A DNA stretch of 64,000 nucleotides from Chrysomallon squamiferum (lineage: Eukaryota > Animalia > Mollusca). The notes beneath the pieces were generated by a model that saw only the letters and a program-made list of their open reading frames with translations, had not been told where the DNA came from and did no database searches. Shown here one piece after another: positions 41,488 to 54,497 of this stretch. The stretch spans positions 23,188,001 to 23,252,000 of the forward strand of contig CM022677.1 in NCBI GenBank assembly GCA_012295275.1, given 5' to 3'. The position numbers and the translations under genes were made by a program. Numbering within the stretch: position 1 is the first letter of the stretch; every line of letters starts with the position of its first letter.

Positions 41488-44027
41488 TATAGCTATAGGA
41501 AATTTTATTATTATTAATAAACCCGACAATAACAACAGCCAAAATATACTATGTAAGTAAACAAAAGCAAACAAACAGAAAAAGTTGAAGAAAAAAAACA
41601 ATGGGAAAAAAAAACAAAAAAAAACAACCCATCTCATCAACAATAGAAACAAGATACATAATAATAATTTTTAAAAAAAGTGTTTAATATTATATTTCAA
41701 ATATCTCACGAAGGTGTCACGTTACAGTTATTATTAATTATTCATTCACGTGAATTTGATAACCCACAGTTTCGCCGAGTCACTGTGTTTATAATTAATT
41801 GGCTTTGATTAGAAATCGATGATGATGATTCTAGAAAAGTGATCACAGCACGCTGTGAACTTTATTGATATTCCAAGAGAAAAATATACAAAACTTTGGT
41901 TATTGCTTAATATCGTTATCAAGGGGATTTGAGCCCGCTGTCCACAGCGCCCGAATCTGTAGAATAAATATTGTTTTTGTTTCAAATAAATGTTCATTTT
42001 TTAACTTCAGTCACAGCTGCTGCGAATAGAAATTTATTTAATAAAACTGAAATGAGTGCACGTGCATACACACACAGTAAAACTTCATGAAATGTAATAG
42101 AATCTGCGCATATTACTAATAATACACACTAGTATATAGAGAAGATTTATGTATATTATTAATGCACATACACACAAAAAAAAAAACCCACAACCTTATG
42201 CAGTCACCACACAAACTGAAAAACGCACAACCAACACATAACACACGCACGGCAGCCAACAACAACAATGTAGGTACAGGTACTGAAGCGTTCACGCGAC
42301 GACGTCACGCATTTCGTCAGCTTCAAGTTCACGACGTCCCACCGAGTTACATCATTAGAAGACGAAGAAGTCACAAAACAAAACTGTCTGCCCTGTTTGC
42401 TTTGATCGATTACAAGCTTTGCCATTGTCAACGTAATTACGTAATCAGCGCTCCGGGTTAGCTTCGTTCCGCCTGGCTGATAACTAGTTTGCTCTTTACG
42501 CATGGTTGGTTTTTATTCGTACAGATTTCATTCAGAAATAAAATACTAGTTAACCGAATTCTCAAGCAGTTTGTACACTTTCTGAATCTCAACTATAAAA
42601 ACTGTGTTGAATTATGAATATATTGTAAGGTTTATATATTTTTCTTTCATGCATGATGCAGTTTATTATTTATTAATAATGTAGAACTTGATAGCTTGTT
42701 AAATAAAAGTGTTTTTAATTTACTTAACAACAGGAATTTATTTATCACAGCGTTGTGAACTTTTACTTCTGGATGAGCAAATTTGTGTTTTTAGTGTGTG
42801 TTGTGTGCTTGTGTGCTTAGAATTAACATTTTTATCAACATGTAGTTTTATCATTTTTGCCTGTTTAAACAATTTAATTCAGAAATCGATAACGTTAAAA
42901 AGTTTTTTTAAACGTACTATTCTGGTTTCAACATTCAAAAAAAAAAAAAAAAAAAAAAAAAATATGATTATAAATAGTTTAGTTCAATTTTGAATCAAAA
43001 ATGTTAAATAATAACGTGTTCAGTGTTGACTATTTCGAAAAGATTGCACACTTTTAAAATTATGTGGCATTATTTTTCTAGAATGATTCAGTATTTAATT
43101 GTTATCTTTGGAGATTTTTTTTTTTTTTTTTTTTTTTTTATCGATATGTTCTGTAGTACTTTCTCATGAGGTCAGTGACATCCGGTACTTTTTTTTTTTT
43201 TTTTTTAAATTGAGGCAGACAAAAAGAAAGAAAAAAGTACATCAGACTATGTTCATTCATTATTAATAAAGAAAAGACTTCAAAAGAAATTTGTTACGAG
43301 TTCGCTCGCCTTTTTTTCTTTTCTGTAATTATTTTAGTTATTATTATTATTATATTTTTAGGTTTAAATATATTTGCATAACCTTTTTTTTTTTTGATAT
43401 ATAAAGGAAAAGTGGTATTAGCATTTTTGGCTCCTTCTTTAAAGATTAAGTAGATTATCTTACATATACACATTTTTTTTTTGCATACGTTTACACCTTT
43501 GTTAAAGTGCTTAGCAGGAATTTACAAATCTGCTTTGAAATGTCAGCAGCAATATCATTTAAAAAATCAATAATCACAATGGAAGCACAAGTGTTGACAA
43601 TCAATGCTCGATGGAGCATATTTTAAGTTCCCTGTGTGTATAATATGTGTGTGTGTGTGTGCGTGCGTGCGTGTGTGTGTGTGTGTGTGAGATTTCTTGC
43701 TGCTGCTAAATTGAGTCATTTAAATAAAATCTAAAAAAAAAGAAAGAAAAAATAAGAGAAATATTTTGAGATGTCATTAAACAGGATTAGAACACTGTAT
43801 TCATTCATTAGCGAGAAGCAGTCACGTGACTAATTTGCTACTATCTAACTTCAGACAGGGATTGTGTTTGTGTAATTCCGTAACAAAGGTTGCGTTATCT
43901 TACGTCATGTCGTAAGATTATCTCGTCAAATGAAAGTCCAGATTAACCTCATTAATGATGCGATTGTCATGCCATGATTCATTTAAATTATTATTTTTTT
44001 TTTTTTTTGCGGACTGATATTTTAGGC

Positions 44028-44083
<56 letters not shown>

Positions 44084-44100
44084 TAAAAACAAACGGTAAC

Positions 44101-44131
<31 letters not shown>

Positions 44132-44178
44132 TTACTAATCAAATAAATTAGCCTAAAGTTATTAGGCATTATAAAACT

Positions 44179-44268
<90 letters not shown>

Positions 44269-44549
44269 CAGTTATACGTGTAACATCTCTCATTGGTATT
44301 ATTTTTGAATGACCTATACAGTTGTCGGTATTTTTCCACCCTGTAACAATTCATCACTAGTAAACGTGACGAGTCCTAGTCCAAAAAATGCTACTGAACG
44401 ACCTCCATTATCATTGGTTTGTGTTGACGTCTGCTCAAACTACTTTGTAAAACAATATTACACGCACATTGACAGGGCTAAAGTATTTGTTATGTGCAGG
44501 GGTGGTGGGTCCAGATTTTTCAGAAAAGGGGTGGCGGGTATCAGTAAAG

Positions 44550-44581
<32 letters not shown>

Positions 44582-45119
44582 TTTTATGTGTTACGTGTTG
44601 AATGAGTTTGTTTACGGGAAAAAAAAAATTTGAACCAATTTTTTTTTTTTTATAAATCCTAAATATAGATATTTGAATAAAACCTTTTATTTAATGAAAT
44701 GTGGTTGGATTTGGTTGTTTTTCTTAATAATCTCATCCTTGTCACACATTTACCTCACAAATTAATTCCTCAATTCGTTTTCAGTTTCACAAAGTCTTTT
44801 GAATTCTTCTTTTCATTCATTTATTTATTTATTTATTTATTTTTTATTTTGTATACTTCGTTCTATATCCTACTACAGTACTCTGTAAGTGTATCTGAAT
44901 AAAATAAACAACAATAATAAAAAATGTTGGTGTCAGGTGTTTGGACAGCGGCGTAGTTTCAGTGCTTGCCACAGGCGCCGTTTCCCCTAGATACGCGCAG
45001 AACATGGCAACAGCTTTAATAGCAGGAGTAGCAGAGCCAGGGGAAACAACTGTACTCAGTGATAAATTGCCTTTACTTGTTTGTAAACTTTATTCTTTTT
45101 TTCTGGAACGGGGAGAGGG

Positions 45120-45172
<53 letters not shown>

Positions 45173-45354
45173 TAAAAATATAATCATTTATAATTTAAGT
45201 AAACTTTCGTCAAATCAGCATTTTATAATATTCCTTTCGTCTGCATACTTCCATTTGTTGTTATTTATTATTATTATTATTTTTTCTCTCTCTCTAATTT
45301 GAATATGATCAGTTTTGGTTTATGGAATGAACAGCTGTGATAATCCATGTAAGA

Positions 45355-45396
<42 letters not shown>

Positions 45397-45858
45397 TTAT
45401 TTTCGAAGTTTGAATAAATACATTTGAAATCCCAAATGACTTCTCTTTCTTTCGGAGATTTGAAAGTTACTTTTCTTATAAATAAATAAATAAATAAATA
45501 AATATTCTTATGGCAAATGAATGGTTCGATTGAGCGACATCTGTAGCCATTTCGTAATTTATCCTTCACCTATCAATATTTATGTTATGTGATATTGTTC
45601 GTCTCAGCCAATCAGAATGCTCTATTTGGACACACCTCAGTCCTTATAGTTCGTTTCAATAAACCTGTTGACGTAAACAAAAACACAATTGATGTGTCAA
45701 AAGTACACGGAAGTTTTAAAAGGTGATGGCAATGTCACGTTAACAATTAGCGAACTTTATTCTATTCCTTTTCCGAAACTGGAAAATTCATAATCAAACC
45801 TGAAAAGTAATAATTAAATGGAAGTATATCAGTTTTTTAAATGAATTATTTTGTTCTG

Positions 45859-45933
<75 letters not shown>

Positions 45934-46029
45934 AAATAGGAAAAAATAACACAATTACAAACAATAACTACAACTTTATACTACTTCTTCTAGTATACCT
46001 AGAACAACTAATACTGATATTACTACTGC

Positions 46030-46086
<57 letters not shown>

Positions 46087-47226
46087 TAACATATTACTAT
46101 TGTTATTAACTCAGATACACCAGAAATCTGGTGGACGAGGGAAACGGAAAGTTTAATTTAATGGTTTTGTGCTGGAACGAGTGTCAGGGCAGCTCCATCC
46201 ACTCTCACGCGAACTCTCACTGTTTCCTCAAAGTTCTCGACGGAAATGTCCGAGAAGAGTTGTTTGACTGGCCGTCAGAGTCAAAACCCGAGTCCTCCAT
46301 GACGAAGAAGAGAGAAAGTGTTTACAATAAAAATGAATGTGCTTACATCAATGGTAAGTCCTTAGAATCAGGTTTAAACTGCTTCTGCTCCAGCTGTTCA
46401 CAGTCCTGTCTTTTGTCTTTTTTTATGTCGATATATTGACAGTGTGCACGTCTGCTTGAATATCTTTAGAATGTTACTTAGATGACCTTGACCTTTAACC
46501 AATTGTGAAAATTTAACTGATTCTACTTTGTTTTTTTATTCAGCACGAGAATTTTTCAGCATTTAAATTGTGTATGCCATTAAAATGTTCTTGTTTCTTT
46601 TTAAAAAAAATATTTTTATTTGTATTTACACTGAGTTTTCTATATTATTATAATATATTATTATAACATAACAAATACTATAGGCCTGTCAATGTGCGTG
46701 TAATATTGTTTTACAAATATTTTTTAAATATTTTTATTTATATTTATATAGGTGTTTTTTCTGTTTAATCAAATGTGATCAGTTTTAGTTTTTTGAATGA
46801 ACAGCAGTGATCATCAATTTTAGACAGATTATAAAAATATGAAAGAAATAAAATTACTTACCACTACTTATTACTATATATTACTATATTACTATATATT
46901 ACTTCGATACTACTACTATTACTACAACTACAACTACAACTGGAATTATTTCAACTGTTAGTGTTCAGCTACAACAATTTCAACTGCTACTTTTACTACT
47001 CCTACTGCGGTAGCTGATGATAAAAGTGTAATTTATTTCAGATGACATTGGTCTTCACAGAGTAGAAAATTTCAGTCATTCCACCAAGGCTGTGACTCTG
47101 CACCTCTACTCTCCTCCGTTTGACGAGTGTAAATGTTTCGACGAAAGAACTGGCCACGCCTCCAAGTCAAAGGTTACGTTCTGGACAAAATACGGGAAAC
47201 GAACACCTTTTGTAAGTCACATTTAT

Positions 47227-47312
<86 letters not shown>

Positions 47313-47524
47313 CTATCTCTTCCTTTCTGTTTGTCTATTTGTGTACATATGCACACACACACACAAACATACATACAAACACTCAAGCACACAATACACT
47401 CTTTCTCAGTTTATCTATTTTTCTATGTTTTGACGTCTGGTCAGGCTCACTTTTGACTATTTATTTATTTTTATTTATTATTATTATTTTTTTTCAACAG
47501 GGAAGAACTCCAGAAAACAACTAG
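40044..47524 (+). CDS. CDO1: Cysteine dioxygenase type 1, paralog B (4 coding exons, 226 aa)
   Basis: Exons: 40044-40291 (248 nt, ...EWKKFAKFDQHR), 46115-46353 (239 nt, [20 protein letters not shown]...SSIHSHANSHCFLK...CAYIN), 47042-47211 (170 nt, DDIGLHRVENFSH...[14 protein letters not shown]...KYGKRTPF), 47501-47524 (GRTPENN*). All junctions are GT-AG and in phase. The C-terminal ENN matches vertebrate CDO1. Confidence 0.95.
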
Positions 47525-47645
47525 ATTGACTTAAATTTGGATCATACGGAAATGAACATATTCTTCTTGGTCAAGCTGATTAGAAAGTGAAAACAAAGTA
47601 GCTGTGTGGAAAATAGTACCATCTATATATATATATGTATATATA

Positions 47646-47787
47646 TGTCTTTATTGTCAATAGAAAATTAAAATAAATTAATTTAAAATAAATTAAAATA
47701 AAAAAAATATAAAGTGATTTTAACATACTGTTAACAATCCAGTACATATATCATCTGAAATGACAAGATCTTTGTGAATTATAAAAA

Positions 47788-47833
<46 letters not shown>

Positions 47834-47886
47834 ATAATTAAGATGAAGAATAATTTAAATGAAAAAACTCAAATATATTATCTAGC
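47646..47886 (+). repeat. Copy 1 of a dispersed direct duplication of about 240 bp (copy 2 at 54253-54497)
   Basis: Shared TGTCTTTATTGTCAATAGAAAA...AAAGTGATTTTAACATACTG..AACAATCCAGTACATATATCATCTGAAATGACAAGATCTTTGTGAATTATAA...ATAATAATTAAGATGAA...TATATTATCTAG. Confidence 0.9.
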
Positions 47887-48487
47887 CTATATATATATAT
47901 ATAATTATTAAAATTAATAAAATAACTTTATGCAAAATTCTATTATACATATTTAGATAATATTTAGAAAATTATGCAAATATTGGAAAATTAATAAAAC
48001 AATAGAAATAACTTTAGGGAAAAATATTTTTATATATACATATATATGTATGTATATATATATATATATATATATATGCATATATAAGAAAGTTATATAT
48101 TTAGAAACATGGTGATAGTTTTATAGAAAATCATTTATTTCTATTTTAAATGCAATCTCTTCTTTTTAACTGATTGTAGGAGATTTAATAATTATGTAAA
48201 ATACAGTTGATTTAAAAAGGTAATTAAAGATAAAATTATTTTTATATTTAAAAATGTATTAGGTCTGTCTGGAAAATAATTGTTTTGCATATCATAAAAT
48301 ACATACAGTCACTTTTATATTTCAGTTTTATTTCACTATTTGAAGCTTTGCTTGGTTTTGTCTGTCTAGCCAGCTATCTGTTTATCTCTCGATTGTGTAA
48401 TCTAGGCTTAAGTAGAAAAGAAATGTGAAATAATTTCACAAGAGTTTGAAATAGTTCATGATGAACTCAATTTTGTTACTAAAAAAT

Positions 48488-48682
48488 AAAATTCAGCAAA
48501 ACAAATGAAAAAATTGATACAAGGACAGGTGTTTAAATACTTGCTTAATAAAAATCAGCAAAAAAAAAAAGAAGAATGATATAAGGACAGGTGTTCAAAT
48601 ACTTGTTTAATAAAAATCAGCAAGAAAAATGGAAGGAATATATTCTGTATCTAATGACAGGTGTTCAAATACCTGCTTAAAC
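48488..48682. repeat. Degenerate tandem repeat (about 62-72 bp, 3 copies)
   Basis: TAAAAATCAGCAA...GACAGGTGTT(C/T)AAATAC.TG.TTAA recurs three times. Confidence 0.75.
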
Positions 48683-48897
48683 AGCAGATCTCATAACAGA
48701 GATAAGAATACAAAATCACAGAAAAACATTTCAGATTAAATATTATCTTGCAGATAAATGTATCGGTAAAGACGTCAGACATAAATGTATAATCAGTGAT
48801 ATTATAATAAAATTAGTCATAATAAAATGAGTCATAATAATGTATAATTATGAATGATAATCTGCATCTGTGTTTGTCAGTGTGTGTATTTGTGTGT

Positions 48898-48968
<71 letters not shown>

Positions 48969-50811
48969 TTTAAAAGTCTATGATTTCTGAAGAGTGTGTG
49001 ACATACTGGATTCAAATCTTAGACTAACCCTCTTTACACTGAAACTTTAAAAATGACAGATAAATTTAATATTTCTAATTCCATAAAATATCAGTTTAGA
49101 AACAGGAAAAAACACATTTATCCAACTGTATAATTTTTGTTTTTAAACTTACTTGTTTTGTTTTGTTTGTTGATACGTGTATATAGTGAGATTTGCTGCT
49201 GTTTACTGAATACAATGATAATCAGATGATTGCTATAAATCACTGCATTTAGTTGTAAATATATTTTAATAATTTGCTTGGACAATCATGGTTGTTATAA
49301 AAAGACGTGTTTCTTTTTTTAATTTGATTTGATAGTCATTTTACACCAAAATATAAGAAAGACATTTTTTTTTTTTTTTTTAATTTGACAATCATTTTAA
49401 GTTATTAGCTTTTTTTTTTTTTGCTTTTTTATTTAAACTGACAATCATTTTAATATGCATGTAAATATTCACACTAATTATGAAATAATGAAATATCTGG
49501 TTGTGTTTTTTGTATCTCATAATCTGTCACTGAGGTAGACAATCTTTATTTTTTGTTTTTGTAATTTTTCCTTTAATTTAGCATCATTATACACTCTTAA
49601 CAATGTTATTTATGATGAAAGGTTTATGACGAAAGATTTATGATGAAGTACTGAAACAGCTTTTAAACATTAAATTTGAAAACAAAATTTGCATGGGTTA
49701 ATAATGTACTGCTGAATCTAATTATGAAATATGTTTGTTCACATATAAAATATAAATTTCTATTCTGTGTTTGATTGAAAACAAGATAATACATCACTAT
49801 AATTTAATACTGACTGCTTTTCAGTTATTTTACTAAATGTGTTATTGTATGTTTGTATATTTGATTTTGATATATATATATAAATTTTATTTTTATTTTC
49901 TTTCTATTATTTCTATTATTTTTTTTTAATTTATTTATTTATTTTTATATTTTTTATTATTATTATTATTTATTTATTTTTATTTTTTTTTGGGGTCACT
50001 TTTCACATTTTTATTGTAATTGTATATTTTTATTTTAACTTTCTAAATCTTAAATCATCCTTGTCTCTTTGAAAACATGACTTGTTTCCAAATTATTAAT
50101 TTTTTATTTGAACTAAATAATAAATGTATGTTTATTTGTACCTTATTTGTTTATTTAAATATAGAGTTTGTTTTAATGTTGAAGTTTATTTTGTCTGGTA
50201 GATCATAAAGAAAAAGAAAGAAATAGAAATATAATGAAACAATCTGTGTTAGGTAAGTGAAATTCTAATAACATACATTCCTGATCCTTTTAAACCATGA
50301 CAACATTAATTAAATTAATTATTTCTGACAAATTTACATTCCAGTGAATTTCATTAATAACAACATCAGAAAAAAAAAAATAATAATAATAATAATAATA
50401 AAAAAGTAATAATAATAGATGTATTTTGTAGGTATTATAAATAGATTTTATATTTTATTTTTTAAACATGTTTCAAATTATTCAGAATGGACTGACATAA
50501 AGAGAGAAACTATATCATAGAGGTATGCAATATCATTTTTTCAGTAAGCTTTTATATTGTAAATAGATATATTTGGAACATCATATCATAAGAAATTATT
50601 ATTAGCAGGATACTTTTTTCTAAATATGTATATTATGTTTATTTTATCATTTATCATTTGGAAATATCTTTATTTTTTACAATATTATATTATTATTTTT
50701 ATCCTTTATTTATAAATGTTATATCATTTTCTTTCTTTTTCTTGAATTTTTTAATTTTAATTTTTAACATTTTTATTTTTATTTTACTGCAGTATATGAC
50801 AGCTATAATTT

Positions 50812-50856
<45 letters not shown>

Positions 50857-51093
50857 AAAAGAATTTAACCGATAAAAACAGAATTAGTTAAATTGGAAAT
50901 TGGAAAACTTAAGTGAGCACCTCTCAGTATAAATGACAAAAACTATTTTTTTTCAGAATAATAGCCTTTCAATTCTAAACACATAAAACAACAATATATT
51001 TCTAAATCATTATCATGTTATATTTCTGTTTTGTCAGGTTTTAGATTTTTTTTTGTTTTCAGGTAAGAGATGTTGAACGTGGCTCTGTGAGTG

Positions 51094-51142
<49 letters not shown>

Positions 51143-53758
51143 ACATTTTAAAATTCAGTATCACTTCATGTTTTATAATGAGGCTTGTCCAATTGGTTTT
51201 GGTAGTAAATTCTCCAGTTTCATTATTTGTTTTGTATTTTGTTTTTCACAACCAGAAACAAAAGTATTTTACTATATGGGAAGTTTTAATCTTGATAATG
51301 TTGATAAATTTGAAATTGCTGTTTTAAGATGTTTGTTATTGTACAAATGTTTTTATTCAAAGCACGTGGGTAAACGGTTTTTTAGTTTATTTCTGTACTG
51401 ATGTATCAGGATGTTTTAATAAAACATTTATTTCTTCTCCTCAGAGTTTCTTGTTTAACATAACAACCAATCAACAGATAGATATAATATCTACATCTTT
51501 AAAAGAACATTTCTCCTGTTTATTATTACGTTTAAAATTTGTGTGGGTATTTTTCATTGGAAAAAGGGTAAAAATTGTCTAAAACATTTATTTCAGAGTT
51601 TAAACAAATTTTTTTTTTTGTAGGTATGGTAAAGTACATTTTCTTTGATATTTGAGAGTTTTCATAAAGGACATTGCTGTGTAGTTCCCGTGAAAATGTC
51701 TGATTGTATTATATTTTTGGAAAAGACTTTAAAGTGGTTTTAACGTTATCATTCAATAAAACATCTAATACATAACATTTATTTTAATCATAACCATGTC
51801 TACTTTACAATGTGAGTTCATGTTCTATTCCTGAAGAACTTGTTACATACAAAGTTAAATAAAATAAAATGTTGCAGTTTGAAATGTGTTTAGAAAACAA
51901 AATTAACATATCAGTGAGAGTAATTAAGAGAAAATATCAGGTATATACCGAAAGAAAATCATGTATTTTAAAATGTTTAAATAAGATACAGTTTACAAAG
52001 ACAGTTTAATTCAAACACAAAGCACTGCTGAAGTATGTCAGTGGGTATTTTGTAATATAACATTTAATAATAATTTTTGTAAATTTAAAATATTTTGTAA
52101 CACTTAAAGATTAAAAAGTACTCCACAAATCTTCAAACAATTCATCTAATTGGGTAACATGGCCATTTGAGTCTGTGAAATTATACATGTGAAATAGTTT
52201 AATTTGTCTTGCTTTAGTTCACAGAATTTTATACATAATTATACAGTGATCCTTCAAGCTGGGCAATAATAAATACACGAATGAATGCTTTTTTGTTTTA
52301 TTTCACACACACATGAGAATACAAATGATATCATTGTAAGTATATAACATAAATTATTGCACTTCTGAAAGGAATACATTTATGAATTAAAATCTTGACA
52401 GGCAAGAAATATTGAGAACCTGGAACATCTATGGAGTTTACAATAACTGCAAAAGAAAAATATATATGGTTGAAATATTTAGAAAGAATAGCGTGCCAAT
52501 AATAAAAATAAAAATAAAAATAATAATAATAATTCAAATGTCACATAAACAAAATAATGACTAAAAGTATTTTTGTATTTTGAAAGTCAAACTGGACATT
52601 TTCTGAAATATAAAAAACATCTAAGATTTTTATACAAAAAAAAAGGATGAATTTTGATTTTAACCATAAATCAATTATTATCATTACCAAGTAAACAAAT
52701 ATGTAAATTAACAATACATTTTTAAAAATAAAAATAAATTGTTTCAGAAATTAGTTATTCTTCCATCTTGAATAGAGACTGAATGGCACTGAAATAATAT
52801 TTAATGAACAATTTCTAATGTTACTATGACAACATGGAAGTCATTAGATATATCTGAATTTTTAAACCAATATTGTAAGCTTAAAATGTGAAACTAATCA
52901 ATACAACCAATAACAGATAAGTTAACAACAGCACAACCAATCAGTGACAAGCTACCAGTAAAACTACCTTCTATCAGACATATTGAGGTTTATGAAGTAT
53001 GAGATCCAAACATTCTACTCACAAGTTATGAATAAATTAAAACTGAAATATGCCTTCAGAAAAAGAAAAGAAAATGTCAAAATATTTTATTTAAATTAAT
53101 TCCATAGAAAAACCAATTTAGCATATTTGGGTTTAAATAATAAACATGTTAATAACTGGTTTATGAAATGCTGTGTTTAAACTAATGTTTTAGCTCTATT
53201 TTGTGATGTTATTTATTTTAAATAAGTTTCATACTGACTGCTGTTATTTACAAAAATGATTATCTGCATCATGTTAGTTAAATTTAGCTTTAATACATGA
53301 TGTTTGTGAAGTTTGAAATTTTATTTTTATTCTTAAAATTTCTTTATTTTACTGCATACACATCATATGTAGCTATGAACATTATTTTTAATAACTATTT
53401 TATTTTAAAATTATGATTAATACCTAAAATTGAAACATTAAGTATCAAGAGTAATTGCTCTTTTTCACTCAATTGCAAATACACAAATAACACACAGTGG
53501 TTTTTATTAATAATACATTCATTTTCAATATAATTACTTCAGTGCTAATACATACAGTGATTATAATATAATTACAGTATTATTAATCTGCCATTTGTAA
53601 TTCTTAAATCATTCTAAATGATGTCTAACACAAATCACAATGAGGCACATTCAGATGGTCATGTTGAAAACTTAACAGACAGCAAAGAACACAAAAAAAA
53701 AAAGCATTTGTCCTTACGTCACAGGAATTATAAAGTATATTATCTGCTGGTATGCAAA

Positions 53759-53793
<35 letters not shown>

Positions 53794-54252
53794 ATTAATA
53801 ATACTTTATTATTTGCAAAGGTTACATTTTCACAACAAAGCAGTAATGCTGATCTGTTTACTCTATACCTCCTGATAGTCACATTCTATCATATTTTATT
53901 ATATAATAAATAATTTTGTTTTTTTTTTTTTTTTAATTAAAAACCAAAATGTTTTCCTAGCATACTGAACAGTTTAAATCTTCTGTAACTGATACAGTAC
54001 TGAAATAAAGATAATGAAATAACTGGAGAAACATTTTAAATAATAAAAATAAATTGCTTGTGTTATTGTTTTATAATGATTAACTAAACACATTTTTATT
54101 GAGCATTACTTGAAGCTTGTTCTAAGTCAGATGTACATAAGACACTAATGTGTTTTAGGCTGTCTCATAAATGTTTGTTTATTTGAGATAAAAAACACTG
54201 CCTGTGTTCTGCTTGTAAAACAAATTGTTAAAATTGTTATGCTGAAGACAGT

Positions 54253-54403
54253 TGTCTTTATTGTCAATAGAAAAAAATAAAAAAAAAAAAAAAAAAAGTG
54301 ATTTTAACATACTGTAAACAATCCAGTACATATATCATCTGAAATGACAAGATCTTTGTGAATTATAATAATAAAAATAAAAATAAAAAAAAAAAAAAAA
54401 AAA

Positions 54404-54450
<47 letters not shown>

Positions 54451-54497
54451 AATAATAATTAAGATGAAAAAAAAATGAAAAAAGTATATTATCTAGA
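54253..54497 (+). repeat. Copy 2 of the direct duplication (copy 1 at 47646-47886)
   Basis: The same blocks occur in the same order. The differences lie mainly in the A-runs and (ATT/AAT)n tracts. Confidence 0.9.
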
